Origin: Patescibacteria group bacterium | GTDB taxonomy: Bacteria; Patescibacteriota; Patescibacteriia; UBA2591; UBA6264 | Reading direction: 5' to 3' | Length of the DNA stretch: 32,000 bases | Assembly: GCA_028713575.1 (NCBI GenBank) | Contig: JAQTOB010000006.1 | Coordinates: 22,729-54,728 of the forward strand | In this document: positions 1 to 8,152 of the stretch, piece by piece | Layout: every line of letters starts with the position of its first letter | How positions within the stretch are numbered: the first letter of the stretch is position 1 | The notes under the pieces: generated by a model | Database searches by the model: none | Seen by the model: only the letters and a program-made list of their open reading frames with translations | What the model was told of the DNA's origin: nothing | Translations under genes and position numbers: made by a program

Positions 1-386
1 AAGACGGCAGCGTTTCTGTTACTTCACCTAATAAAGAATCTTTACAAAAAGCGGTTGAATGGATTAAAAATTTAACCCGGGAAATAGTGGCAGGAGAAGT
101 TTTTGAAGGGAAAGTTACTAGAATTATGGATTTTGGCGCTTTTGTGGAATTAATTCCCGGACAAGAAGGAATGGTTCATGTTTCTGAAATGGACTATCAA
201 AGAGTTGAACATCCTAATGATTTGGTTAAAGTTGACGATTTAGTTAAGGTAAAAGTGATGGAAATAGATAAACAGGGAAGAATTAATCTTTCCATGAAAG
301 CCCTAAAAACCCCACCGGAGGGCTTTAGTGGAAATTATGTTCCGCGAAAGCGTCCGGCTAGACGACCATTCCGTTCATCTCGTTAG
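1..386 (+). CDS. pnp: Polyribonucleotide nucleotidyltransferase (PNPase), C-terminal fragment; 5' end lies outside the window
   Basis: Frame 3 is open from the window edge. The translation DGSVSVTSPNKESLQKAVEWIKNLTREIVAGEVFEGKVTRIMDFGAFVELIPGQEGMVHVSE is the PNPase S1-domain pattern (G-x-V-x-x-I-x-x-FGAFVE...G-x-VH-x-SE). The listed ORF 87..386 is only the part after an internal GTG. Confidence 0.85.
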   Translation, partial: DGSVSVTSPNKESLQKAVEWIKNLTREIVAGEVFEGKVTRIMDFGAFVELIPGQEGMVHVSEMDYQRVEHPNDLVKVDDLVKVKVMEIDKQGRINLSMKALKTPPEGFSGNYVPRKRPARRPFRSSR

Positions 387-411
387 GAATTGGTTTTTAT
401 AATAGAAGTTT

Positions 412-438
412 TCAAGCAGGGCCTTTCTTGATTTTTTT
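412..438 (+). terminator. Candidate intrinsic terminator after pnp
   Basis: TCAAG (412-416) pairs with CTTGA (427-431) around a 10-nt loop, followed by a run of 7 T (432-438). The stem is short, so this is tentative. Confidence 0.4.
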
Positions 439-475
439 GATAAAATGAAGAATAAAAAATTTAAATAATAAATTT

Positions 476-1531
476 ATGAACCAGGAAAAAACAAAAAAAT
501 TTTATCCCGGTGAAGTAAAAAATATTTTAATTACTGGCGGCGCCGGATTTATTGGGTCACATTTATGCGACCGTTTAATCAAGGAAGGAAACGTTATTTG
601 TTTGGATAATTTTATTGGCGGAGACGTTAATAACATAAAACATTTATTGCAAAAACCGAATTTTCGTTTTATTAAACACGACATCAATCAACGTTTTGAC
701 CTTGAAAATTTTCATGAAATAAAAGATTTTCGCGTTGATATTCATGGGATTCAGGAAATTTATCATTTAGCTTGTCCGACCTCAGCGAGGAATTTCAATC
801 AGTTAAAAATGCAAACACTACAAACTAATTCAATCGGAACAATCAATATTTTAGAATTAACCAAATTTTATAAAGCCAAATTACTTTTTACTTCTTCCTC
901 AGTAGTTTATGGCCCCAAAAAGGCTAGTGGTTCGTTTAAAGAAAATGAGTCTGGCGTTGTAAATTTTATTGGACCGCGGGCTTGTTATGATGAAGGAAAG
1001 AGATTTTCTGAAACGGCGATTATCACTTATCGCGATTTATATGGATTAGAAGCAAAAATTGTCAGAGTTTTTAGAACTTATGGACCGCGAGAAGTCCTTT
1101 TTGACGGGCAAATGGTGCCTGATTTTGTTTTACAGGCCCTAAGCAATAAACCGTTGGTAATTTATGGAGATGAAAGTTTTTCTACTTCACTTTGCTATAT
1201 TAGCGATTTAATAGAAGGTTTAATTAAAGTTATGGAATCAAAAGAAAATGGCCCGATTAATTTAGGACACTCACAAGAATATAAATTGTTTGATTTGGCT
1301 CAAAAAATTATTGATTTGACTGGTTCGCAATCTAAAATTGAATTTTTACAAGCCTTACTTTTTATGACTCCCTTGGGCATGCCAGACATATCTTTAGCTA
1401 AAGAAAAGTTGGGATGGTATCCTATTGTTAGGATTGAAGACGGGTTAAAAGAGTTAATTGATTATGTCAAGGCCAATTGGATGTTGCTTAAACCTTTAGT
1501 GAATAGGTACGAACAGAAAGAGAATTATTAG
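476..1531 (+). CDS. NAD-dependent epimerase/dehydratase, UDP-glucuronate decarboxylase (UXS)-like
   Basis: It has the N-terminal Rossmann motif ILITGGAGFIGSHL, plus SSSVVYG and the YDEGKR (Y-x3-K) catalytic motif typical of extended SDR sugar-nucleotide enzymes. Confidence 0.8.
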   Translation: MNQEKTKKFYPGEVKNILITGGAGFIGSHLCDRLIKEGNVICLDNFIGGDVNNIKHLLQKPNFRFIKHDINQRFDLENFHEIKDFRVDIHGIQEIYHLACPTSARNFNQLKMQTLQTNSIGTINILELTKFYKAKLLFTSSSVVYGPKKASGSFKENESGVVNFIGPRACYDEGKRFSETAIITYRDLYGLEAKIVRVFRTYGPREVLFDGQMVPDFVLQALSNKPLVIYGDESFSTSLCYISDLIEGLIKVMESKENGPINLGHSQEYKLFDLAQKIIDLTGSQSKIEFLQALLFMTPLGMPDISLAKEKLGWYPIVRIEDGLKELIDYVKANWMLLKPLVNRYEQKENY

Positions 1532-1532
1532 A

Positions 1533-1630
1533 TTAACTAACTTAGATTAACCCTTAATCTCAATTTAAATCAATTTAACCCAAATTAACCTAATTAATCT
1601 AATTTCTAATTGACCTAATAAAATCCCAAT
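1533..1630 (-). repeat. Array of phased 7-11-nt AATTNNNCC(T) words; contains a 47-nt element (1582-1628) in minus orientation
   Basis: At least seven consecutive words are visible: AATTTAAATC, AATTTAACCC, AAATTAACCT, AATTAATCT, AATTTCT, AATTGACCT, AATAAAATCCC. The reverse complement of 1582-1628 matches 30181-30227 at 44/47 positions. Confidence 0.7.
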
Positions 1631-1724
1631 AATCAATAGCTGAATAACCAAGAATTTTTAGACATTGGGGTTTGGAAATTGGGCATTTATTAGAATAATT
1701 AGGTTAATTAGAATAATTTAGTCA

Positions 1725-1806
1725 TTGATGGGGACGCACCTCATCAGTATGAAATGCCAAATGTCAAATCAATGTTAAATGACTAAATGTCAAATAAAAG
1801 TTTGGA
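1725..1806 (+). promoter_or_regulatory. Bipartite conserved upstream module (copy 1) ahead of the GT2 gene
   Basis: TTGATGGGGACGCACCTCATCAGT (1725-1748) matches 9943-9966 at 23/24. AAATGACTAAATGTCAAATAAAAGTTTGGA (1777-1806) matches 10017-10046 at 27/30. Confidence 0.6.
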
Positions 1807-1830
1807 TTTTGGAATTTATAGATTTAGAAT
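1802..1830 (+). promoter_or_regulatory. Sigma70-like promoter TTGGAT-17-TAGAAT abutting the annotated ATG
   Basis: TTGGAT is at 1802-1807, followed by a 17-nt spacer and TAGAAT at 1825-1830. The predicted +1 near 1837 falls inside the annotated ORF, so the GT2 start may instead be the in-frame GTG at 1855. Confidence 0.4.
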
Positions 1831-2529
1831 ATGGGAACATTGGGACACAAAAAGGTGATAGTTATTATCCCGGCTTATAATGAAGAAGAAAAAATTGCCA
1901 CGGTTATTAAAGAAGTAAAACCAAATGTTGATGAAGTGGTCTTGGTTGATGACGGTTCAGACGACCGGACGGCTGAATTAGCGCAAAAACAAGAAGTTAT
2001 TGTTTTAAGGCATTTATTTAATCGCGGTCAAGGGGCGGCCTTAGAAACGGGGAATCAATATGCTTTAAAACAAGGAGCAGACATTATTGTTCATTTTGAC
2101 GCCGACGGGCAATTTCTAGCCGGAGAGATAAAAAATATTATTAAGCCAATAGAGAACGGTGAAGCAGAAGTAGTTTTAGGCTCTCGTTTTATGGGGAAAA
2201 AATCAAATATTCCTTGGCTCAAAAAAAATATCATTTTTCCTTTAGCCAGAAAGGTAAATAGGCTTATGGGTATAAATTTAACAGATCCGCAAAGCGGTTT
2301 TCGGGCTTTTAGTCGTCGGGTTAACGAACAATTAAGAATTGGACAAGACGGTTCGGCTCATTGCAGCGAAATATTAAATAAAATTTTTTATTATAAATTT
2401 ACGGTGAAAGAAATTTCCATTACCGTAATTTACAAAGATTTTGGTCAATCTTTTTTTCGCGGGAAAGGACGGGGGATGGGGGGAATCAGAATTGTTAAAG
2501 ACCTAATTTTAGCCAAACTAATAAATTAA
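1831..2529 (+). CDS. Family 2 glycosyltransferase (polyprenyl-phosphate sugar synthase-like)
   Basis: It shows VIIPAYNEEEKI, VDDGSDDRT, DADGQ and QSGFRAF motifs typical of GT2 / Dpm1-like enzymes. The start is uncertain (ATG 1831 or GTG 1855). Confidence 0.85.
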   Translation: MGTLGHKKVIVIIPAYNEEEKIATVIKEVKPNVDEVVLVDDGSDDRTAELAQKQEVIVLRHLFNRGQGAALETGNQYALKQGADIIVHFDADGQFLAGEIKNIIKPIENGEAEVVLGSRFMGKKSNIPWLKKNIIFPLARKVNRLMGINLTDPQSGFRAFSRRVNEQLRIGQDGSAHCSEILNKIFYYKFTVKEISITVIYKDFGQSFFRGKGRGMGGIRIVKDLILAKLIN

Positions 2530-2535
2530 TTTTTT

Positions 2536-2862
2536 ATGTTACAAAGAATTTTAGCTTTAATTATAATTGTTTTCTTCATTTCTCGCGTTTTTTGGCAGAA
2601 ACGGAAAAAACAAATTCAAGTTAATGAATTTGTTTTTTGGCTTGTTTTTTGGGCTTTGGCCGGAATTCTGGTTTTATTTTTAAAACAGATTGACAAATTT
2701 GTTTCTTATTTGGGATTCTCTGCTTCGGGGATAGACATTCTGCTCTATTTAGGAATAGCCATTTTATTTTATTTTATTTTTCGTTTGCGACTTAAATTGG
2801 CAAAAATAGAAAAAGACATCACTGTTATTGTCAGAAATATAGCCCTAAAAGACGAGAAATAA
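2536..2862 (+). CDS. Small multi-pass membrane protein (DUF2304-like GT2 partner)
   Basis: The 108-aa product has about 4 hydrophobic segments and sits 7 nt after the GT2 stop. The size and pairing resemble the DUF2304 family; this is from memory, not a search. Confidence 0.55.
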   Translation: MLQRILALIIIVFFISRVFWQKRKKQIQVNEFVFWLVFWALAGILVLFLKQIDKFVSYLGFSASGIDILLYLGIAILFYFIFRLRLKLAKIEKDITVIVRNIALKDEK

Positions 2863-2872
2863 TTTTATATTT

Positions 2873-3475
2873 ATGGAAAATTTTTCCGAACAAATAGAAA
2901 ATAAAAATCAAAAAAAATTTCTCTCTCCATTCTCTTCGTTTATTTTTGATTTGATAAAATTGGTTGTTCTGGCTTTTATCATTGTTTGGCCAATTCACCG
3001 TTTTGTTTTTCAGCCGTTTTATGTTTCTGGTCCGTCCATGGAATCCAATTTTTACAATAATGATTATTTGATTATTGAAAAAATTACTTATTATTTTCGT
3101 CAGCCGCTTCGGGGCGAAGTGATAATTTTTCAATCACCGATTAATTCTAAAGACCACTTGATTAAAAGAGTTATTGGATTGCCCGGGGAAAAAATTGCGA
3201 TAGAAAAAGGACAAATCATTATTTATAATCATCAATTTCCGCAGGGAATAATTTTAAAAGAAGAATATTTAACTCCGGGAACAGGCACGCCCGGACAAAC
3301 AACAATTGAGCTAAAAGAAGATGAGTATTATGTTTTGGGCGATAATCGTAATATGAGTTTAGATTCCCGGTCGTTTGGCACAATTAAAGAAAAAAACATT
3401 ACGGGACGAGCCTGGTTTAGAGGATTACCGACAAGAAACGCCGGTTTGGTTAAAACACCAATTTTTATTTATTAA
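2873..3475 (+). CDS. lepB: Signal peptidase I
   Basis: An N-terminal TM segment is followed by SGPSM (catalytic Ser), KRVIGLPGE (catalytic Lys) and GDNRNMSLDSR boxes. Confidence 0.9.
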   Translation: MENFSEQIENKNQKKFLSPFSSFIFDLIKLVVLAFIIVWPIHRFVFQPFYVSGPSMESNFYNNDYLIIEKITYYFRQPLRGEVIIFQSPINSKDHLIKRVIGLPGEKIAIEKGQIIIYNHQFPQGIILKEEYLTPGTGTPGQTTIELKEDEYYVLGDNRNMSLDSRSFGTIKEKNITGRAWFRGLPTRNAGLVKTPIFIY

Positions 3476-3491
3476 TTTATTAGATAAATAT

Positions 3492-4988
3492 ATGATGAAG
3501 AAGAAACAGAAGAGAAAACCAAAAATTAAATTACAAAAAACTAAAAAAATTTTAAAAAAATCTAAAGAAATTAAAAAGAATAAATTTAAAAAATTAAAAA
3601 CAAAAAAACAAAAAAATAAAGAGCCAAGAAAAAAGGGAAAATACTCGCCTAAAATTTTAAGAGGGATGAAAGATATTCTTCCCGAAGAAACGAAAATTTG
3701 GGATTTTGTTTGTAAAAGATTGACAGAATTGGCGGAAAGCTATGGTTTTCAAAAAATAGAAACGCCTGTTTTGGAAGAGAGAGCTCTTTTTGAAAAATCT
3801 ACCGGCTTAAGTTCAGATATTGTGGAAAAACAGATGTATCAATTTACAGACCGAGGAGGAAATAGCGTGGTGATGCGTCCGGAATTTACCCCCGGAATAG
3901 TTCGTTCTTATATTGAACAGGGGATGTTCAATTTGCCACAACCGATTAAATTCTTTTGTTTTGGCCCCCTTTTTCGTTATGAAAGACCGCAAGCCGGGAG
4001 ATTAAGACAACTCCACCAATTTAATTTTGAAGTTTTAGGTTCAGCCAAACCCGTGGTTGATGCCCAGCTTATTTTGTTTTCACAGGCATTTTTTAACACT
4101 TTGGGATTAAAAGTAAATATTCAAATTAATAGTTTAGGTTGCCCTTCTTGCCGAAAATCTTATCGTTCAAAGTTAATGAATTATTTTCGTGCCAAGCAAA
4201 AATGGCTTTGCCCGGATTGTCAGCGAAGATTAAAAACAAATCCTTTAAGAATTTTAGATTGTCAAAATCCAGATTGTCGGGAATTAATCACTCGCGCGCC
4301 ACAGTTAGTTGATGATTTATGTTCCGAGTGCCAAAGTCATTTTGTGAAAGTTTTGGAATATCTTGATGAAGCAAATGTTATTTATAAATTAAATCCCTAT
4401 TTAGTTAGGGGCCTTGATTATTATACTCGCACGGTTTTTGAATTTTGGCCGGAGCGGCCAGAAAAGCCAATCAACGATTCCTTATTGCAAGGAGAAGAAG
4501 AAAAAAAAATAACAAATGAATTACAAGAAAAAGAAAAAGAACTTTTTTCTTCACCCAGTGCTTTAGGCGGGGGCGGAAGATACGACAATTTAGTGGAGAG
4601 TTTGGGAGGGAGGCTGACTCCGGCCGCTGGTTTTGCCTATGGTTTGGACAGAATTATTGAAGAAATAAAAATTCAAGACCTTAAGGTTTTGAAAAGTAAA
4701 TCTCCACAAATTTTTTTAGCGCAAATAGGTGAAGTCGCTTGTCGTCGAGCATTAAAATTATTTGAAGATTTGCGTAAACAGGGATTTAAAGTGGGAGAAA
4801 ATTTAGCCAAGGATAGTTTAAAAGCGCAAATGGAAATGGCCAATAAATTAGGCGTCAAATTAACTTTAATTCTCGGACAACAAGAAATTCTTGATAAAAC
4901 TATTATTATTCGCGATATGCACTCGGGTAATCAGGAAATAGTTGATCAAGAAAAAATAATCAAAGAATTAAAAAAACGGTTGAAATAA
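3492..4988 (+). CDS. hisS: Histidine--tRNA ligase with a lysine-rich N-terminal extension
   Basis: It shows LRGMKDILPEE, RPEFT, FRYERPQAGRLRQ-H and GGGGRYD class-II HisRS motifs, plus the Cys-rich CPSC...CPDC insertion. The start is set at ATG 3492 because the track start 3375 is a TTG overlapping lepB. There is no other ATG before the conserved RG-x-x-D motif. Confidence 0.88.
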   Translation: MMKKKQKRKPKIKLQKTKKILKKSKEIKKNKFKKLKTKKQKNKEPRKKGKYSPKILRGMKDILPEETKIWDFVCKRLTELAESYGFQKIETPVLEERALFEKSTGLSSDIVEKQMYQFTDRGGNSVVMRPEFTPGIVRSYIEQGMFNLPQPIKFFCFGPLFRYERPQAGRLRQLHQFNFEVLGSAKPVVDAQLILFSQAFFNTLGLKVNIQINSLGCPSCRKSYRSKLMNYFRAKQKWLCPDCQRRLKTNPLRILDCQNPDCRELITRAPQLVDDLCSECQSHFVKVLEYLDEANVIYKLNPYLVRGLDYYTRTVFEFWPERPEKPINDSLLQGEEEKKITNELQEKEKELFSSPSALGGGGRYDNLVESLGGRLTPAAGFAYGLDRIIEEIKIQDLKVLKSKSPQIFLAQIGEVACRRALKLFEDLRKQGFKVGENLAKDSLKAQMEMANKLGVKLTLILGQQEILDKTIIIRDMHSGNQEIVDQEKIIKELKKRLK

Positions 4989-5059
4989 TTTAATGTAAAA
5001 CTTAGAGAAAATTTCTAATTGCATTTTGAGATTTAAATTTTAAATTAACAATGTTTTAA

Positions 5060-5068
5060 TGTTCTAAT
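5060..5068 (+). promoter_or_regulatory. Extended -10 box TGtTCTAAT placed for a leaderless mtaB-like transcript
   Basis: TG is at 5060-5061 and TCTAAT at 5063-5068. The A of ATG 5075 lies exactly 7 nt after the hexamer. Confidence 0.4.
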
Positions 5069-5074
5069 GTTTTT

Positions 5075-6298
5075 ATGACAGTTTGTTTTTATACCTTTGG
5101 CTGCAAATTAAATCAAGCAGAAACAGAAGAATTAAAAGAAAAATTTTTAAAACAAGGATGGGAGATAAAACAAGGAAACATTAAGGCCGACCTTTATGTA
5201 ATTAATGCTTGTGCTGTTACACAAAAAGCGGAGAAAGAGGTAAGACAATTAATTCATCGTGTTAAGAAAAATTATCCCCGTTCTTTGTTAGCCGTAATCG
5301 GATGTTTTACGTCAGAAATTAAAAAAACGGAGAAGAAAGTTGATTTTTGGATTAATAATTTTGAAAAATATAACATTCTTAAGATTATTTCTTTAAAAAC
5401 CAGGCGGCCCAAAAAGGCTTTTAATAAAATTGAAAGACGAAATCGTTTTTTAATTAGAATACAAACAGGTTGTCAGCATTATTGTTCTTACTGCATTGTG
5501 CCCTTTTTTAGGCCAAAGATATTTAATCGGCCGCTGAAGGAAATTATTAAGGAAATAAATGAAAAAGAAAAACAGGGCTGTCAAGAAGCGGTTTTAGTGG
5601 GGACAAACATCGGCTTATATAGAGAAAAAGAATTTAATTTTGTTGATTCTTTAAGGGAGATTTTAAAAAAAACAGCTATTTCTAGAATTCGTCTTTCTTC
5701 TCTTTGGCCGACGAATATTGATCAAGACTTGCTTTCTTTATTTAAAAATAAAAGACTGTGTCCGCATTTTCACTTATCAATTCAATCCGCTAGCGATAGA
5801 ATTTTAAAATTGATGAACAGAGAATATACTCGGGCCGATTTAGAAAAAATAATTAAAGGAATCAAAAAGATTCCGGCTGTCGGATTAACCGCTGATTTTA
5901 TTGTTGGTTTTCCCGGAGAAAAGGATATTGATTTTCAAAAAACAAAAAATTTTATTAAATCGGCCGGCTTTTTAAAGATTCACGTTTTTCGTTTTTCTCC
6001 TCGGCCACAAACAGCGGCGGTCAATTTTAAAAATCAAATAACAGAGAGGATAAAACAAGAAAGAAGCCAAGAGTTAATTGAATTAGGCAAAAAAATAGGA
6101 GAAAATGAAAAAAATAAATTATTAAAAACAAGAAATGAGGTTTTGATTGAGTCAAAAATTAATTCTTATTGGCAAGGATGGACGGGTAATTATTTAAAGG
6201 TTTTTGTTCAAAATTCTCGTTGCTTGATTAATAAAATCGTTAAAGTTAAATTAATTAAACGCTTCAGAGAAGGATTTATTGGTCAAATAATAGAATAA
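5075..6298 (+). CDS. Radical-SAM methylthiotransferase, MtaB/MiaB family
   Basis: An N-terminal UPF0004 region (FYTFGCKLNQAE) is followed by the radical-SAM CxxxCxxC motif (GCQHYCSYCIVP) and a C-terminal TRAM-like tail. Confidence 0.8.
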   Translation: MTVCFYTFGCKLNQAETEELKEKFLKQGWEIKQGNIKADLYVINACAVTQKAEKEVRQLIHRVKKNYPRSLLAVIGCFTSEIKKTEKKVDFWINNFEKYNILKIISLKTRRPKKAFNKIERRNRFLIRIQTGCQHYCSYCIVPFFRPKIFNRPLKEIIKEINEKEKQGCQEAVLVGTNIGLYREKEFNFVDSLREILKKTAISRIRLSSLWPTNIDQDLLSLFKNKRLCPHFHLSIQSASDRILKLMNREYTRADLEKIIKGIKKIPAVGLTADFIVGFPGEKDIDFQKTKNFIKSAGFLKIHVFRFSPRPQTAAVNFKNQITERIKQERSQELIELGKKIGENEKNKLLKTRNEVLIESKINSYWQGWTGNYLKVFVQNSRCLINKIVKVKLIKRFREGFIGQIIE

Positions 6299-6314
6299 AA
6301 ATTAATTTATATTT

Positions 6315-7142
6315 ATGATTAAATCAACGGCAAAAAATCCTAAAGGAGAGAATAATTGTCAATATCATATTGCTTGCCGAAAAAATGAATTGGCTTCTTA
6401 TGCTCTTTTGCCCGGCGATCCGGGCAGGGTTTTGAAGATAACAAAAAACTGGGAAAAGAAAAAACAAATTGCTTTTAATAGAGAATATCGTTCAATAACT
6501 GGATATTTTAAAAATTTGAAAATTTCTTGTGTTTCCACCGGCATTGGCGCGCCTTCTGCCGCCATTGCCATAGAAGAAATGATTCGTTTAAATGTTCACA
6601 CTTTTATTCGAGTTGGGAGTACCGGGGCGATTCAAAAAGGCATTAATCCCGGAGATTTAATTATTAATATCGGGGCCGTACGTTCAGATGGAACCTCAAA
6701 AAGTTACATTCAACCAACTTATCCGGCCTTAGCCAATTACGAAGTAGTGATGGCCTTAATTGAGGCCTGTGAAAAATTGTCCATTAAATACCATTTGGGC
6801 ATTTCCGCCTCTACGGACGCTTTTTATGTCGGCGAAGGGCGTTTAGGATTCAGGGGATATAATCAGGCCGCCCTTAAAAATATTGTCCCGGATTTGCAAA
6901 AAGCAAATGTTATTAATTTGGATATGGAAAATTCAATTATTTTTACTTTGGCCAGCCTTTATAATTTTCGCGCTGGAGCAATTTGCGTTGTTTTTGACAA
7001 TTTAATAACCAATAAATGGATAGTTAAAGGAGAGGAAAAGCTCGGCAAAGTCGCCTCGGAGTCAATGGTTATTCTTAATCAATGGGATAAAATAAAGAAA
7101 AAAAGAAAAAAGAAATATTTTTATCCTTCTTTAATATATTAA
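6315..7142 (+). CDS. Nucleoside phosphorylase (PNP/UDP family 1, uridine phosphorylase-like)
   Basis: LLPGDPGRV, STGIGAPSAAIAIEE, RVGSTGA and DMENS motifs are characteristic of the hexameric NP-I family. Confidence 0.75.
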   Translation: MIKSTAKNPKGENNCQYHIACRKNELASYALLPGDPGRVLKITKNWEKKKQIAFNREYRSITGYFKNLKISCVSTGIGAPSAAIAIEEMIRLNVHTFIRVGSTGAIQKGINPGDLIINIGAVRSDGTSKSYIQPTYPALANYEVVMALIEACEKLSIKYHLGISASTDAFYVGEGRLGFRGYNQAALKNIVPDLQKANVINLDMENSIIFTLASLYNFRAGAICVVFDNLITNKWIVKGEEKLGKVASESMVILNQWDKIKKKRKKKYFYPSLIY

Positions 7143-7162
7143 TAAATTTAAAACAAAAATTT

Positions 7163-7411
7163 ATGTCAAATTTGAAAAAATTTTTAAAAATTGGAGCAAT
7201 TGGAACAGCAATCGGCTCATTAATTGGTTTGCTTTGCGCCAAAAAATCAGGAAAAGAAACAAGGGCGGAATTAAAAGAAAAGATAAAAGAAACAAAAGAC
7301 AAGGCTATTGATTTGGCGGAAAAAACGGCCGACCAAGTTAAAGAAATTAAACAAGAGGTTGAAGAAGATTTTGGAAAAGTCAAAGAAATTTTTAAAGACA
7401 AAGAAGAATAA
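7163..7411 (+). CDS. YtxH-like small protein (N-terminal TM helix plus charged coiled tail)
   Basis: The 82-aa product has the hydrophobic stretch GAIGTAIGSLIGLLCA, then SGKETR and a K/E-rich helix. Confidence 0.55.
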   Translation: MSNLKKFLKIGAIGTAIGSLIGLLCAKKSGKETRAELKEKIKETKDKAIDLAEKTADQVKEIKQEVEEDFGKVKEIFKDKEE

Positions 7412-7415
7412 ATAT

Positions 7416-7649
7416 ATGTTTAAAACTTTCTTAGACAAAGAAAAATGCATTGGTTGCGGAACCTGTGTCGCGGTTTGTCCTGCTAATTTTGAAATAGATG
7501 ACGACGGGAAAGCAAAGGTCATTAAAGAAGAGACTGAAACCATGGGATGTAATAGATTAGCAGAAGAAAGTTGTCCGGTTAAAGCAATTAGTATTAAAGT
7601 TGATAAAAAGCCGAACGAACCGGAATCAACAGAAATTAAAAAAGAATAG
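7416..7649 (+). CDS. Small ferredoxin (single Fe-S cluster type)
   Basis: The motif is CIGCGTCVAVCP ... CP. The start is moved to ATG 7416 because the track start 7308 is a TTG inside the ytxH-like gene. Confidence 0.8.
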   Translation: MFKTFLDKEKCIGCGTCVAVCPANFEIDDDGKAKVIKEETETMGCNRLAEESCPVKAISIKVDKKPNEPESTEIKKE

Positions 7650-7661
7650 AAAATACTGAGA

Positions 7662-7682
7662 TTAGACTTTTCTAAATTTTTT
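7662..7682 (+). terminator. AT-rich hairpin plus T-run after the ferredoxin gene
   Basis: TTAGA (7662-7666), a cttt loop and TCTAA (7671-7675) are followed by A and T6 (7677-7682). The stem is only 5 bp and AU-rich. Confidence 0.35.
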
Positions 7683-7698
7683 ACATTTTTATGTTTTC

Positions 7699-8088
7699 AT
7701 GATAGTTGAAGTTAATAAATTGATTAAAAACCAGGTCAGTAAAAATTTTATAATTTCAGTTATAAAACAAGCAGGCAAAAAATTAAAATGCGATTTTATC
7801 CTTTCCGTCGCTCTAGTGGACAACAAAACAATAAAAAAGTTAAACCATCAATATTTAAAAATCAATCAAACAACAGATGTTTTGTCTTTTTCTGAACCAG
7901 CGGAAATTATCATTTCTTGGCCAATGGTAATAACTCAAGCTAAAAAGCAGAAACATAGCCAAAAAAAAGAATTAACATTTTTACTTATCCACGGCTTATT
8001 GCATATTCTCGGCTATGACCATAAAACAAAAAGGCAACAAGACATTATGGAAAAAAAATTTAAACAAGTAATTTCTTTTCTAAAATAA
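7699..8088 (+). CDS. ybeY: rRNA maturation endoribonuclease YbeY
   Basis: The C-terminal zinc motif HGLLHILGYDH is present, and the size (129 aa) fits. Confidence 0.85.
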   Translation: MIVEVNKLIKNQVSKNFIISVIKQAGKKLKCDFILSVALVDNKTIKKLNHQYLKINQTTDVLSFSEPAEIIISWPMVITQAKKQKHSQKKELTFLLIHGLLHILGYDHKTKRQQDIMEKKFKQVISFLK

Positions 8089-8095
8089 AAAAAAT

Positions 8096-8130
8096 TTTTG
8101 TTAAAGGTGGATTCGCCTTTAGCGGAAAAA
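8096..8130. repeat. Decayed copy of the rpoB-rpoC GC-rich palindrome
   Basis: TTTTGTTAAAGGTGGATTCGCCTTTAGCGGAAAAA aligns without gaps to 23920-23953. Every difference I see is a C-to-T or G-to-A transition. Confidence 0.5.
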
Positions 8131-8152
8131 TAAGAATATAATTTTATTTTTT

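Noticed and set aside
1725-1748. A CTGATGAG motif on the minus strand of box 1 suggested a hammerhead ribozyme core. A shared mini-ORF start ATGAGGTGCGTCCCCATCAA (MRCVPI...) lies on the same strand.
   Set aside because: The GAAA core and helices II and III that a hammerhead needs are absent, and the hairpin pairs better on the + strand (G-U pairs become A-C on the minus strand). The mini-ORFs are 8 and 18 codons long and diverge right after the repeat. Only one copy has an SD-like sequence.
3375-3491. A hisS start at TTG 3375, overlapping lepB by 101 nt.
   Set aside because: The extension lies inside lepB in another frame and has no HisRS similarity. ATG 3492 follows the lepB stop. Likewise, TTG 7308 was rejected for the ferredoxin, TTG 9422 for ruvX and TTG 30191 for the rodZ-like gene.
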